DNA of 60,650 bases, the filler included, from Thelocarpon superellum (lineage: Eukaryota), in the NCBI GenBank assembly GCA_026025795.1. It is 4 parts of 4 records of this genome, joined end to end, with 100 filler letters (N's around TTAATTAATTAA, not from the genome) between each part and the next. Parts side by side here need not be neighbours in the genome. Positions count along the whole stretch, not along the records: positions 45,586 to 60,650 come from JAPEUG010000417.1; 3 more parts are not named here. One strand, 5' to 3'. Positions 48,829 through 60,650 of this stretch are shown in pieces (the first letter of the stretch is position 1; each line of letters opens with the position of its first letter). The notes beneath the pieces are model-generated. The model did no database searches, was not told the origin of the DNA, and worked only from the letters and a program-made list of their open reading frames with translations. Made by a program: the position numbers and the translations under genes.

Positions 48829-49759
48829 CTAGAGGAATTTGCATGCGTCGCGCTTTCGCCTCGTCGCCCGACCACCGTGTCCTGTTGCAGAGGTTCCACT
48901 CCGCCCTTTGCCTTCGTCCGCGCCCACCGCGACATTGACGGCGCGGTCGAAGATTTCATGGACGCCAACCATTTCCTTGCTGCTGCATTCCGCGTACGCG
49001 GCGCCCATCCGCTTGGCCACGGCCGCACCCTGCTCCGGTGTGACTGGGGTCAATCCCTGCGTTTTGAGGAGCTCGATGCAGGTGCTCTTGTGGCGAAGAT
49101 CAGACTTGAGGCCGACGAGGATGAGTGGCGTCGTGGGGCAGAAATGTAAGACTTCCGGATACCACTAGGGTTCTACGTTAGCGGAGGTGGCAGCAACGTC
49201 GCTCGTCCCACGTACCTTGTCCATCACGTTCTCGAGTGAGTTGGGGCAATCGACGGCGAAGCAGACGAAGAGAAGATCCGTCTCCGGATACGAGAGCGGG
49301 CGAAGCCGGTCATATTCCTCTTGTCCAGCCGTGTCCCATAAGGCGAGCTCGACCGATCGCCCCGTCGGCTTGTGCGTCGTATGTGTAATGTAGTTTTCAA
49401 AGACGGTCGGAACGTATTTCTACCGCCAATGAGACCAGGTCACCAAGACCAACGGGACGGAGGTGACTTACCTCGGGAAAGTAACCTTGACTGTAGCTGA
49501 TCAAGAGACAAGTCTTGCCACATCCACCATCGCCCACCACGACAATCTTTTTGGAGTACTCGACGGGGACCGTGGTGTCGGTCGCGGCCGACACCGCTTC
49601 GGTCGAAGTGCTCATACTCGTGCTGACCGAGTTGTTGCTCGTCCGAGCGCTGGTGTCGCGAAACGGTCGTCGACGCGGTGAGTGCTGAGGAGATGTCATC
49701 TGTTCATGTTCTAAGGAGGGTTGGCGCTGAACGCCGTAGTAAGAATCGTGATAAGACAT
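48829..49759 (-). CDS. RHO4: Rho4-type small GTPase, 3 exons
   Basis: [75 protein letters not shown] (CAAX), with an N-terminal extension. Confidence 0.92.
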
Positions 49760-50167
49760 CTTGTCGGAAGATCTAGCGGTGGGAAAGCCGCGCCGTCGAC
49801 GGATTGATGGTTTCCAGACGCCCAGGACAATAAGGAGCGGTGCGCTCAAAAGCGGTTTGTGCACTCTGCTATCTATCCAATTTGTCGCATGAATAGACAA
49901 GGACCCGAGAGTTCCAGCAGGGTCGTTGGATAAACATCAGTGCGCGTGCGCCTTTGACGGAAGTGAGGAAGTGGACCAAGGTATTGTTGTCACTTTACTT
50001 TCGCCCCGTTGCGCTGGGCAACGACGCTCCTCTCGGAGCGAGCGACGCGGCACGCGAAACCTGGGAGTCCCCCGCGCACTATTTCGCGAGTTTCACCTTG
50101 AGCCGAGCCTCGTACTCGCACGTAACGGCGCCCGTCTCCAATCTCGCCATTGCTGAACCTCTCTGCT

Positions 50168-50209
50168 CGGACGCGGACTCGGACTCGGACTCGGACTCGG
50201 ACTTGGACC
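50168..50209. repeat. Hexamer microsatellite (CGGACT)n
   Basis: cggacgcggactcggactcggactcggactcggacttggacc in the RHO4 / phosphatase divergent promoter. Confidence 0.85.
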
Positions 50210-50422
50210 ACGCCTCGCTACCCACAGAACAATAATACGGGCGCTACGGAGGGCTGCTGGCTCTCGGGTGGACCGCAGGAGCAGACGAAATGATCTCACA
50301 ACTCCGTCAGCTTCGGTGACCTCCGCATTGGGTGCAACATTGCGTGCCCGAAATCGGTATACCGCAGCGGCCGCCTGCGATTGCGCCCAGGCGACCCCGT
50401 CCTCCCCCTGCTCGATGTCTCC

Positions 50423-52276
50423 ATGTTACGAGACGAACCCGTTCGTGACGGGGTGTGGACCCCAACGCAGTCCTCGATCACGTCCGCTATGCACCGAAGC
50501 TCCCACCCAGATGCCGGGCTGCGCAGCGTAGACCACTGTATGTTCTGTCGCATGGCTGGTGGAGGGTAATTCTGATCCGTCGACTGGGACTGTAGATCTG
50601 CATCGCTTGCCGCAATGGAGATACCAACTCCGGCAACAATTGATCCCCTTCATTCGATGGGAGACGCCGCATCTGGCGCGCCTGCAGCGTGCGTTACGGA
50701 CCCCCGCCCTCGACTCATACTTTGCCATCAGTGCCAACCTCGGAACGCATACGTTCTTCATGATCATGCTCCCGATCTTATTTTGGTGTGGACATACGGG
50801 ATTGGGTCGAGGCATGGTCCACATCCTGGCGGGGGGGGTCTTCTTCAGCGGCTGGATCAAGGACCTGCTCTGTTTACCACGGCCCTTGTCTCCCCCGCTG
50901 CAGCGCATTACCATGTCGGGATCGGCGGCACTTGAGTATGGTTGTCCCTCGACTCATTCCACCAATGCCGTCTCTGTTGCCGTCTACGCACTCGTCGCCC
51001 TCCATGCCCCTACCTCCTCTGTGCCACCCTACACTCGTCTTCTCCTTGAAGTCATCGCGTACGCATACGCCGCCTCCATTATTCTCGGACGACTTTACTG
51101 TGGCATGCACGGCTTTATCGATGTGGCGTTGGGCAGCCTGCTGGGCGCCGCGCTGGCCCTCCTCCAATGTGGATATGGTGAGGCAGCCGACCGATACCTC
51201 TATTCGTCCGGAAGTCATTGGGGCGCCTTGCTGGTTGTGGTTGCGGTCTGCCTCCTTGTCCGCACGCACCCAGAGCCTGCCGACGACTGCCCCTGTTTCG
51301 ACGATAGCGTAGCCTTTGCCGGCGTCATCATCGGCTGTGAAGTTGGCAACTGGCACTACGCCGCCAGCGGATGGGCATGGGATGAGCCGGTCCCCGCCAC
51401 CGTCCCCTTTCGTCTCGACGAAATGGGATATGCCAGGGTGGTCGGTCGAATTGTCATTGGAGTCTTGACCATCTTCCTCTGGCGGGAGGTGATGAAACCT
51501 AGCCTACTGCGCGGCCTTCCCCCGCTCTTCCGACAGATTGAGAAGCTCGGCCTCACGTCGCCCCGACGCTTCTTCCTCCAACCATCAGAATACAAGCGGG
51601 TCCCTTCCCACGTCAAGGACGACAATGTTATTCCGTCCGTGTCCGAGTTCCCCTCCCTTCTCCAGGCCATGCGCCATCCGCGAAAACGAGCCGTCTCCGT
51701 CGGGCCCCAGTCTGCGGCCGATGCGTACGAGACCCTTGCCCACCGCGAGAAGCGACGACGGGAGAGCGTTTCTCAGGCAGACCCTGTCAGCCCGATTCTC
51801 GAAATGTCTGAAGATTTGCCGAATCGACGGACCTCGCTCTCCATGCCCGCGTCGCCGTCCATCAAGCCCACCGCGATGGGATACTCCACCATGAGCATGC
51901 AACCGATCTTAGGGGGCATTTCGCCGGCCACAAACGGCAACGTCGAATCATACGATTTTTCGAAGAAGCAAGCCGAGGCGCTTCAGCCAATACTTGGCGC
52001 GCTCTCGCCCGTCACCCGTGAGAAAGAGGATGCAGCGCGAGAGTCGAACGAGCGGGAGGACCACGAGATGTTTTCTCGTCTCGAACGACCGCGCGTACGG
52101 TACGACGTGGAAATCGTCACGAAATTAATAGTCTATGCGGGTAAGATCCACGTCTCATCGGCCACATCGTCTAGCTAATCGTGTTCGCTCCCATAGGCAT
52201 AGCCCTCCTCGCAGTGGAGGGGAACCCGATATTGTTTGAGGTCATTGGATTAGGTGTCGGCAAGCCCACACAATGA
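50423..52276 (+). CDS. Sphingoid long-chain-base-1-phosphate phosphatase (PAP2; Lcb3/Ysr3-like), 3 exons; start 50423 or 50489
   Basis: DAGLRSVDH|YLHRLP..KDLLCLPRP (C1), EYGCPSTHS (C2), GRLYCGMHGFID (C3), HPEPADDCPCFDDSVAF, RYDVEIVTKLIVYAG|I. Confidence 0.92.
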
Positions 52277-52478
52277 GCGGTTTATCGCGTTTTGGCTAGG
52301 ACATGGACTCTATCCATCAGTTTGGACGAATAAAGCCGGGGGAGGTATGATCATGTCATTAGATATCTTGCATCGATGAAAGCTGGAAAATGCCCCAGGA
52401 ATGCCCATCACGACACCGTCCACGTGACCTCCGATTGAGACCTTACATCCCGATCGTCTACGGTGGAAAAATCTAGAA

Positions 52479-53717
52479 TCAGGTGCCTTGCGTAGCTCCA
52501 GCCTTGTGAGCCCTGGCGGCTTTGGTCAAGATTAGACGTTTTGCCTGTTCCAGGATATCCTTCTCCCACTCGTCATATTCCAGCCGTCGCGCTTCACTCA
52601 GATAGTCAATCTGACTTTGCATCTATGTAGAGGTGAGACAGTCAGCTGGGATGCAGCTCCCCGGGATAGAGGCGTTCATTCTCACCATTGTACCGAGGTT
52701 GGATCCCGTTGTTATCGACGATGAGACTGGGTGGTTTCGACTCGTCCTTCTTCTCTTCCGAATGCCGTCTTCCTCGTCATCGCCAGAGTCGTTCGTCGCG
52801 TCCAGACGCGCGGGAAGCGCCAGGCCGCTTCCCTCGTCGATGTTTTCGAACCAGTCCAATCGCGTCCAGCCCCGGTCGTAGATTTCTCTCATCCAAGCGT
52901 CGACGTCCGCGGCCGTGATGGCCTCGTACTCGCTGCTACGATCGTAATCACGAAGGATCTGCATGGCCTCTTGACGCAGCCGAGTGAACTCCCGTGCCGT
53001 CGCCTGCTCATCTCGTAGCTTCGCGGAGACGTATGAGTATACGGCGATCAGCAGCGCTGGAAGCTTGTCTGTCTGTTGAGCGATTGACGTCTTGAGATTG
53101 TTAGCTAGGAAGGGGACCGGGAGGGTCAGGATCGACGTGACGCCGGCGAGAACGTGAGGTGGGGCCGCTGGGGCTCCGAGTGATGTGCACATGTGTCGGA
53201 TGGTAGGCATGATCCATGGTGGGACCAAGTCGGAGGATGTAGTCGGCGGAAGGGTCTTGGGTCGAGCCCCGCCCGGTCGACGTTTGGCCAGTCGCTCGGC
53301 CGAGGGCCCTGTTTGGACGGGCGCCGGAGATGGGGTGGCGGGCACAGATTTTCGCGGTCGTCCTCGTGGTCTCTTGCCGCCGAGCACGGAGTCGAGGTGC
53401 TTATACAGCCCTTGGTATATCTTCGGCGGGCAAGGCGGGCGAGGCTGGATGTCGGGCAAGTTGAGGGACTGTTTCATTCTGTAGCACGCGTCAGCGTGGT
53501 GGCGAAGTAGAGTGCCGCGAGACCCAAGATCCTACCGTTCGCAAGCAATGTTTGCACACGCATAGGTCCGCGCGATCTCTTCGTTCTCTCGGAGGTTGCT
53601 GGCCTTACTTCGCGACTGGGCCAGCAGGGATGTCGCCAGCTCGACAAGCTCGGCCGGAACCGGACCGTTGATTGCTGGGGCTAGCCCGGCCAATGCTTGC
53701 TCAATCGAACGGTTCAT
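52479..53717 (-). CDS. ORC6: Origin recognition complex subunit 6, 3 exons
   Basis: MNRSIEQAL..LLAQSRSKASNLRENEEIARTYACANIACER|..RPPCPPKIY..GWTRLDWF..LGTM|MQSQIDYLSEARRLEYDEWEKDIL. Confidence 0.9.
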
Positions 53718-53916
53718 TGTGGCGTTGGACTCGCACGTCGAGATCTGATCTGGTCGAGATACGATCTGGTCGAGATACTGTACGATGAAGAGCGGCGCTG
53801 ACAACCCACTTCCTCTTTAGGTTTAGCGTACCGCTGCCATACGATGTGAGATGGTTCCTGGACACGAATTCCGAGCTACAGCAGTGCGAGCATCTAAGAC
53901 ACCTCTTCGTACCATC

Positions 53917-54760
53917 ATGATGGCACTCGGGATTTTGCAGGTGGTGCTTACCCTCTTCCCTCTTGCGGGGCTTCTTCACGCCCACGGCAACCATGATCAG
54001 GTCCCACTGTCCGATGACGTCGATTGGGCTCTTCGGCACTTAGCGGGTACGCCTGACCTTGCGGCCGAATGGAACTCCCCATCGTCCGTTCGAGTGCTGA
54101 CGGCGAATGTGCTCGTAGAGGAGCATCACATCAGCAACTTCGATCCGGGCGCCTTCTTTGCCCTTCACGACTTTGACGAGTCGGGAATCTGGACGCCTGA
54201 CGAGATCCTCCGAACGTACGGCCTCGAAGACGAGTCGATGCAGCGCGTGGGACAGCCGAAGCGAGACGAGATCGTGGCGGAGATAATGCAACTGATGGAT
54301 ACTGATGGCGATGGAAAGGTGGACATGGGCGAATGGATGGCGTTTTGTGAAAAGGGCGGAAAGCTGCCGGACTTTGGGGTGAGCGTCTCCGCCCAGCATC
54401 CCGAAACGCAGTCCGCGCTGATCCTACCTTAGTTTGGGGCCGGCCATCACGGTGACGATGAGTACGAGTATGAGATTCACCATTTCGAGAAGTCCGTTCC
54501 CCCTCCGTTGTTCCAAGACACCACACTGATTTCGCGGTCAGATATCACGACGAGAGTAAGGCGACCATCAGATCTGACTTCCAGTTCTACCACCTAACCT
54601 CTTTCTAGACACCAGAGAAGAAGACCTGACGCATCCCGAGGACATCGCCCATTTCAAGAAACACGACATGGAAGCCGATGCCGAAGAACGGCAGGAAAAG
54701 CTCGATGCGATGCCGATCGTCGAGCACAACATTCCGCAGAAGTTTCGCCGGGTATCATGA
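53917..54760 (+). CDS. SSP120: Secretory pathway EF-hand protein Ssp120, 5 exons including a 14-nt microexon
   Basis: Signal peptide, DWALRHLA|EEHHISNFDPGAFFALHDFDESG..DTDGDGKVDMGEW..LPDFG|FGAGHHGDDEYEYEIHHFEK|YHDE|..THPEDIAHFKKHD..NIPQKFRR. Confidence 0.9.
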
Positions 54761-54784
54761 GAGTTGTCGTCGCACAGGAGTTGC

Positions 54785-56047
54785 TTAGAGGGTTGTCGAC
54801 GCGGAAGACGTCGCTGCCGGGTGGGCCGGTCCAACATGTATATCAAGCACACAATGTACAATACCTGGCCCATATGATTTGACCCTCTCCAAGTGCTCGC
54901 ATCTGACCTCACGAGGCGCAGCGTATCGCCGAAATAACTCCAAGATCTCGTCCTGTCTGTTGGAAAGGTCCTTGCTCGTGATGTTCTCATGCACGTGGAT
55001 CCACCCACCTTGATCTGGGTCGACGATGGCCACGGCATCATCCCAGACCGGAGCCGACGTCGGCAACATGCCACAGTTGACGTGTCGAACGGGCGGAATC
55101 TGGGCCCTTGCTTTCGAGATCCTGCGACGAGCATTTTCATTATCTTCCTCGAATACCACCAAGTTCTCCCGATGGACGTCCCTTCCCTCGAGTGTGCGCT
55201 CCCCGACGTAGTCGCACCGGAACAGTGCCGCCCGCCAGCCATTGGCGCGGGCGCCCCGCCTCAAGCCTTCCACGCTCCACGGGTTCAGTTCCCAGCAAAG
55301 GACAAGACCGACGCCAGCCTTGGCGTACGAGAAGGCAAAATATCCGATGCCCGCATACAAATCGACCGCCGTACTGTCCTCAGCCCTCATGACGGCGGGT
55401 CCCAGGGCAGGCAAGTGCAAGACACGCGCCTTCTCCGTCACGTTGCCTTGACTGAACATTGTATACAGCGGCGCCCAGCATTGACGGATGTTGTTTTGTC
55501 TCGTCTCGACCCACAGTGCAGCCTCGAAGTCCGCGGGGGTAGGAGCAGTGGTGACTACGGGCCCAAAGTCACCGTGGACGGGCCGTAATTTGCTCGGACT
55601 GCGTAGGATGTTCGTCTTTTGCCCGTCGGCCCCGCCCTGGAGCGGAATGCCTCCGTTGATGGCGATACATCGCACGTGAAATTCCTCGGCCACCTTCTCG
55701 TAGAGTCCGTGGAGCTGCGGCTCGCCCATTCGGCTGATCAACAGTTGCCATGGCCCAGAGGTGACGGTGCCCTTTGGCCATAGTAGCATCGGTTGGTAGA
55801 TTGCATAAGCCGTTGGAAATGAGTCGAGCAGTTTCTCCGTGGAGAGGTCCAGCCCCTGGAGGGCGTCGGTCGGCAGGTTATTGATCCAGCCTTCGATTAC
55901 GCGTGCCATCTTGCTCCGTGAAGCCTTCCTTTTCTTGGTCTCATTTCGCACCGATGAAGTGGCATTCAAACCCTCTGATAATACATCGCCAGGCTTATCG
56001 TCCATCGTTGCGTTGTGGTGGATCAACCCCTCGCAATAATTTTCCAT
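54785..56047 (-). CDS. TYW2: tRNA wybutosine-synthesising protein 2 (Tyw2/Trm12)
   Basis: WAPLYTMFSQGNVTEKARV, VDLYAGIGYFAFSY, WELNPWSVEGL, HVNCGMLPTS, IHVHEN, ERVKSYGPGIVHCVLD. Confidence 0.92.
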   Translation of the reverse strand: MENYCEGLIHHNATMDDKPGDVLSEGLNATSSVRNETKKRKASRSKMARVIEGWINNLPTDALQGLDLSTEKLLDSFPTAYAIYQPMLLWPKGTVTSGPWQLLISRMGEPQLHGLYEKVAEEFHVRCIAINGGIPLQGGADGQKTNILRSPSKLRPVHGDFGPVVTTAPTPADFEAALWVETRQNNIRQCWAPLYTMFSQGNVTEKARVLHLPALGPAVMRAEDSTAVDLYAGIGYFAFSYAKAGVGLVLCWELNPWSVEGLRRGARANGWRAALFRCDYVGERTLEGRDVHRENLVVFEEDNENARRRISKARAQIPPVRHVNCGMLPTSAPVWDDAVAIVDPDQGGWIHVHENITSKDLSNRQDEILELFRRYAAPREVRCEHLERVKSYGPGIVHCVLDIHVGPAHPAATSSASTTL

Positions 56048-58826
56048 TCATGGAATATTTATTAGTTGTTGTCGGCGACTCCAGCACGGTAAGCGAATTG
56101 TTCGTGGAGGCAATAACCAATATTATAACGTCTTGATTGTTCCCAAATGTTAGTCACCGTACTCTGAGCGAACCAAGTAAATGGGAATTTCTATGTTGCC
56201 CAAGAGACCTCCATTTTACAACCGTGGAAGAAGATCACCTCTATGCGACCGCGCATCTATGGGATCCGCTTCGATATGCAACAATCCAGGCCAGACTTCA
56301 TGGGGCCACACCACTCGCGAAGCGAATCGTCGCTTGCGACACGCAACGGGCCGGCAGAAAAACGGGTGTACCGTCTTTGAAGTTATGACCAAATAATGCA
56401 GTGATCGTCGTCGATGTGAAGTCAAAGTGTTTTAAGCCATACACGGATGTGAGGATTCAATGCCGAAAAGTTTGAGCGGCTGCTTCCGCCAGGGTTTGCC
56501 TCCCATCCCGGTGCAGGTCTGATGGACACCACCCACCCGGTTGTCACGATTGTACGGTGGACTCGTCCCCGCCTAGTAGACGGCGTGACGAAGCGGAGAT
56601 TAGAGGAGGCGGAAAGGAACAAACACTTGGCCCAGATTTGCACCGAGAAACTTTGGTATGAAGAACTCATACCGCGCGCCCGATCGTTGCGAAACCTACA
56701 TTGAAAGCCCCACCGCGCTCTGGACTCGGGAAGGCGTGGAGCCGACCATGTCCTTTGTCCACCGTTGACGCACTTACTGTTTCCAGCCAGCAGGCTCCCT
56801 GAACCAGGGCTCGCATGCGAGTGATGATGCAACGTAGCGCGACCGAGGTGGTCTGGCTTGGTCCCCCGTCAAGCACCTGCTCTCGGATCGGTGTAGCCCT
56901 AAACCCGGTTGACCTTGGCGCTGGCTCTTAGAGCGTGATGCTCCGCAGCGCTAGGCCGGCACGGTCGGCGGTGGAAATATCCACCGCGCAAGCATCGCGT
57001 GCTGAGAGGTGCGGATCAGACCCCAGACTGAGGCTGGCCTGCGGCACGCCAAAGGGTCTACTGCTAACTTGGATGTGTCTCTAGCTCCGTCTCCATAGGG
57101 AATGACGAGCTTGGCAGAGCCAAGAATTGCGATAAGGCATGCCGAGCTACTCCGGCGTCCGGCGAGGCGTCCGCATGAGCACACCTTGCAGCGGAAGCGC
57201 CGTACGAGTAGCAAAGTATTGACGAGGCCAAGCGTTCACTATCAGACCAGTCGACCAGGGGCCGCGGCGCCACGGCCCCGCATGAACGACGGCATAATGG
57301 GAATCTGGCATGCACGGATGCTCGTGCTACTAGCGCGTGGAGCATTGAGGAAAAACGTGGCTCCCAACCTTCAATAGAGTTCCACGGAGACGTTGCCGAC
57401 GCCCGGACACGTGGCGATCGCGCCCCAACCGGACCGGCACGGGATCTCTATGGTATCAGTATGTGACCCACCCTTGAGCTCTGCGGGTGTCGATGATGCA
57501 TTGGAGCTCTCAATTCGCCTGGTCGATCGGGGGAAGAAAGCCAAGCGGTGCGTCAGCTGATTGGACGTGGTGGCATTCCACTCCACCCTCCTCCCACTCC
57601 GAGTTCCACGAGGTCGGCTGCTAAGCGAGGTGCAGGCCCCCACGACTTTGCATTTCCCATCGGTCATCGTTCCGTCCAATGCAGCGCTTGTGCAGCTCAG
57701 TTGCGTCACCCAAGGGACGAATGGGAGGATCCACTGAGGCTCCCGACCGCGAGCGCTCGATATCACGCTCACTGGCCACATTTATCGCCGCTGCCCGTCG
57801 TGGACGCTAAGCGGCGTGAGCCCAACACCATCTTGGGAGTGGGTTCAAATATGTCAAACGGCATCTGATGCCGTCGTAAGCCCAGATTGAAAACCCATGC
57901 TCTCGTCCCGAACAGGCGTAGGAGCGGGCGCAGGCGCGGGCGCAGGCGCGTCCCAGGTAACCTGGCGGAATCGGGGCTGATCAACCGTGCAAAGCCTGAG
58001 CTGCTCATCCCGCCAGTCCCCGCCGTGGCAAGCGCAGCGACGGCTCTCCTGCCCCAGCACCAATTAAGCTTTCCATCGCCGGCGCCAGCCTGGGGTGAGC
58101 ATCTGCGCTATCCGGCAAGCCCAGCGGACGCAAGCAGCCATTGAGGCGAGTAGCGCTGGCGCCCGGCATAGGGAGGCTCGCTAATGGCCAGCCAAGGACG
58201 ACCGGTCGAACGCGTTGCTTGGTGCTATCATTTCCTAGAACAGGCATCAGCTCCTGAATGTTTGATCGTGGGGACGCGGGTACAGCGCCGCAGCGACATG
58301 GTCGTCCACGACCCGACCCGCTGTGCCAATTGCATGCAATTACATGGCAGCGGCGCGTAGCCTCATACGTCGACTGCCGCTCCGCCTTTTTGCACGACGT
58401 GATGTGCATCCATGCACTATATGCGCCATGGCCACCGTCCAAGAGCTCGCCACCCTAGACCCACCCAGACCCACCGCAGGACATCCCAGTCCATTCCAAT
58501 TTCTGCAGGGCTCATCCTAGTTGCATGTCTGCGTTCGAGCCCACTCTAACTTTCGTCCATCGAGATGCGCGGCACTTGGTACCATGGGCATCGCTAGTGT
58601 GCTCTTCGTCTCCTCGTGCAAGCCTGCAACCCTCAGGATGCCCTTGGATCGATCTTGTACCGGCCGGCCTGGTCCGAATTACAACCTCCGTCACTCCACC
58701 TCCGGTCTCATAAAGCCTGCGCCCCATCCCCACATTGCAGCGGTCTCTCCCCACTCTCCATTCGTGTCTCTTCTGCGCTTGAAGGACCTTCGCCGACGCC
58801 GGTAATTCCTCCCATTCCCTTTCACG

Positions 58827-60650
58827 ATGACGACCGTGGTGGACGAGCCCATGTCCGTGGAGAAGGCCGAGGTGAAGGGTGTCGTCACACACCGGGTGGG
58901 CGTGCGAGCCATGATAGACCCCAAGGGCCGGAGCCAAGATGAGATGGACTTGCTTCATTTTGGGAAGAGGCCACAGCTCAAGGTAGGTCGGCGCGCGGAC
59001 GCATGTCTGGAGGTCCACTGACCGGCAGTCTAGCGGAGCTTTGGCTTCTTCTCCATGGTGGGCCTGACCTGCACGTTGATGGCGAGCTGGGAAAGTATCT
59101 TCAGGTATGTATCCATCTCGACTATCCTAGGCGCCAGACTAATGGAGGCTCAGCGTCTTTCTCGACGGCTTCCAGAACGGAGGTCCTGCCGGTCTCGTCT
59201 ATGGCTTTATCTTTTGCTGGTTCGGCAATCTCGCCGTCATCCTGTCCATGGCGGAACTGTCATCCATGTTTGTGACTTCGACAACCCTCGTTTCGGCAAC
59301 GCTCTGACCGACTGGTGCAGGATTCCTCTGTCGGGTGGTCAATACCACTGGGTCGCATGCCTGGCCCCACAGTCTCAGATGAAGTTCCTCAGCTACGTCA
59401 CCGGTCAGTTCTCTGCGCTGGGTTATGTTCTTGCAAGCGCTGAATCGAAACTCAGGTTGGGTGACCATGCTGGGGTGGCAAACGGCCGTCGCCAGCTTGG
59501 CTTACTTGGGAGGAACAATCATTCAAGGGTTAATCGTCTTGAATTATCCCGACTATAACTTCCAGCGCTGGCATGGAACTCTACTCTTCTACGCCATCAT
59601 TGCCGTCAATGTTATTGGCAACACGCTCCTAGCCAAATATCTCCCTGTGCTCGAGGGCATTTTCCTTTTCCTTCACGTCGCGGGTTTCCTCGGCGTGCTA
59701 ATTCCCCTCGTCCGTCTGGCTCCGCACGTACCCGCCTCCGACGTCTTCGCCCAATTTTTGAACCAGGGCGGCTGGAGTAGCGATGGCTTATCTTTCTTCG
59801 TCGGCATCGTCACGAGCGTATTCGCATTTATCGGTAGGTCTTTCCGGCCCGTCCACTGGAAGATCTCCGTCCTGACTCGAATAGGTGCCGATGCTGCATG
59901 TCATTTGGGTATGTCGTCTGAACATGCTCTCATCGTCCTTCCTCCCGTGTTTCGCTGGCTCTTCCTGTCCGTGGTGGCTGATTGACGGAACAGCCGAGGA
60001 GATCGAGAACGCCGCCGTCATCGTGCCATGGAGTATGATCGCCACCGTCATAATCAACGGGGTTCTTGGATTCGCCATACTCATCGCAATCCTCTTCTGC
60101 ATCGGTGACATCGACAGTGCATTGACCACGCCGACTGGCTACCCGTTCATTGCGATTTTCGTGCAGGCCACCAACTCCAACGCAGGCGCCTCGGCCATGA
60201 CGGCGATCGTGGTGGGCGTGCTGATCCTAGGTTCCATTGGTGTGCTGACGACCGCCTCCCGCATGCTGTGGGCCTTTGCTCGCGACAACGGCGTCCCCGC
60301 ATCCAAGTACATCAGCAGAGTAAGCAGTGAGTCAAGACAGTGAAAAATGCAAGCTAAGGATTCGCGCAGGTCGACCCCAGCACGAAGCTGCCGCTGTATG
60401 CGATCGCCGTGACCACGATCATCAGCCTTCTCTTGGCGCTGATCAACATCGGCTCCGCGGTGGCGTTCAACGCCCTCACGTCCCTCGTGGTCGCCGGCTT
60501 CTTTTCATCGTACGCTATCTCTATCTCGCTCATCACCATCCGACGATTCTACGGCGAGCCTATCCAGTGGGGTCCGTGGAACATGGGCAAGTTTGGCCTC
60601 CCAGTCAACCTCTTCGCCATGGTCTACATTGTTATTGCCTTGTTCTTCTC
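58827..60650 (+). CDS. APC-superfamily amino acid/choline/GABA permease, multi-exon, 3' truncated
   Basis: DEMDLLHFGKRPQLK|RSFGFFSMVGLTC..NGGPAGLVYGF..SMAELSSM|IPLSGGQYHWV..GWQT..GADAACHL|AEEIENA..TASRMLWAFARDNGVP. Confidence 0.92.

Overview
Intron-containing DNA from a filamentous ascomycete (Pezizomycotina-like). The window is not one locus. It consists of four contigs (1-15128, 15229-30307, 30408-45485, 45586-60650) joined by artificial 100-nt N/TTAATTAATTAA linkers. Most of it is housekeeping genes: UTP4, a DJ-1/PfpI protein, a G1 cyclin, an acetate permease, an NCS1 uracil permease, a FYVE-RING ligase, a large fungal hypothetical protein, a Cys-rich membrane protein, an HSL esterase, TSR2, a BSD protein, a DUF2433-like protein, NPC1/NCR1, DBR1, tRNA-Leu(UAG), DAD1, RHO4, an LCB3-like phosphatase, ORC6, SSP120, TYW2 and an APC permease. 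The most unusual region is about 26.1-28.1 kb. There, a decayed spliced tyrosine-recombinase-like gene abuts a ~730-bp non-coding module bounded by ~63-bp inverted repeats. The module holds an exact-period 32-bp repeat array, a perfect 53-bp palindrome and further hairpins. Also notable is a long, multi-intron, ATG-depleted cyclin 5' leader with a single uORF. Gene calls come from motif recognition by eye; no database searches were run.
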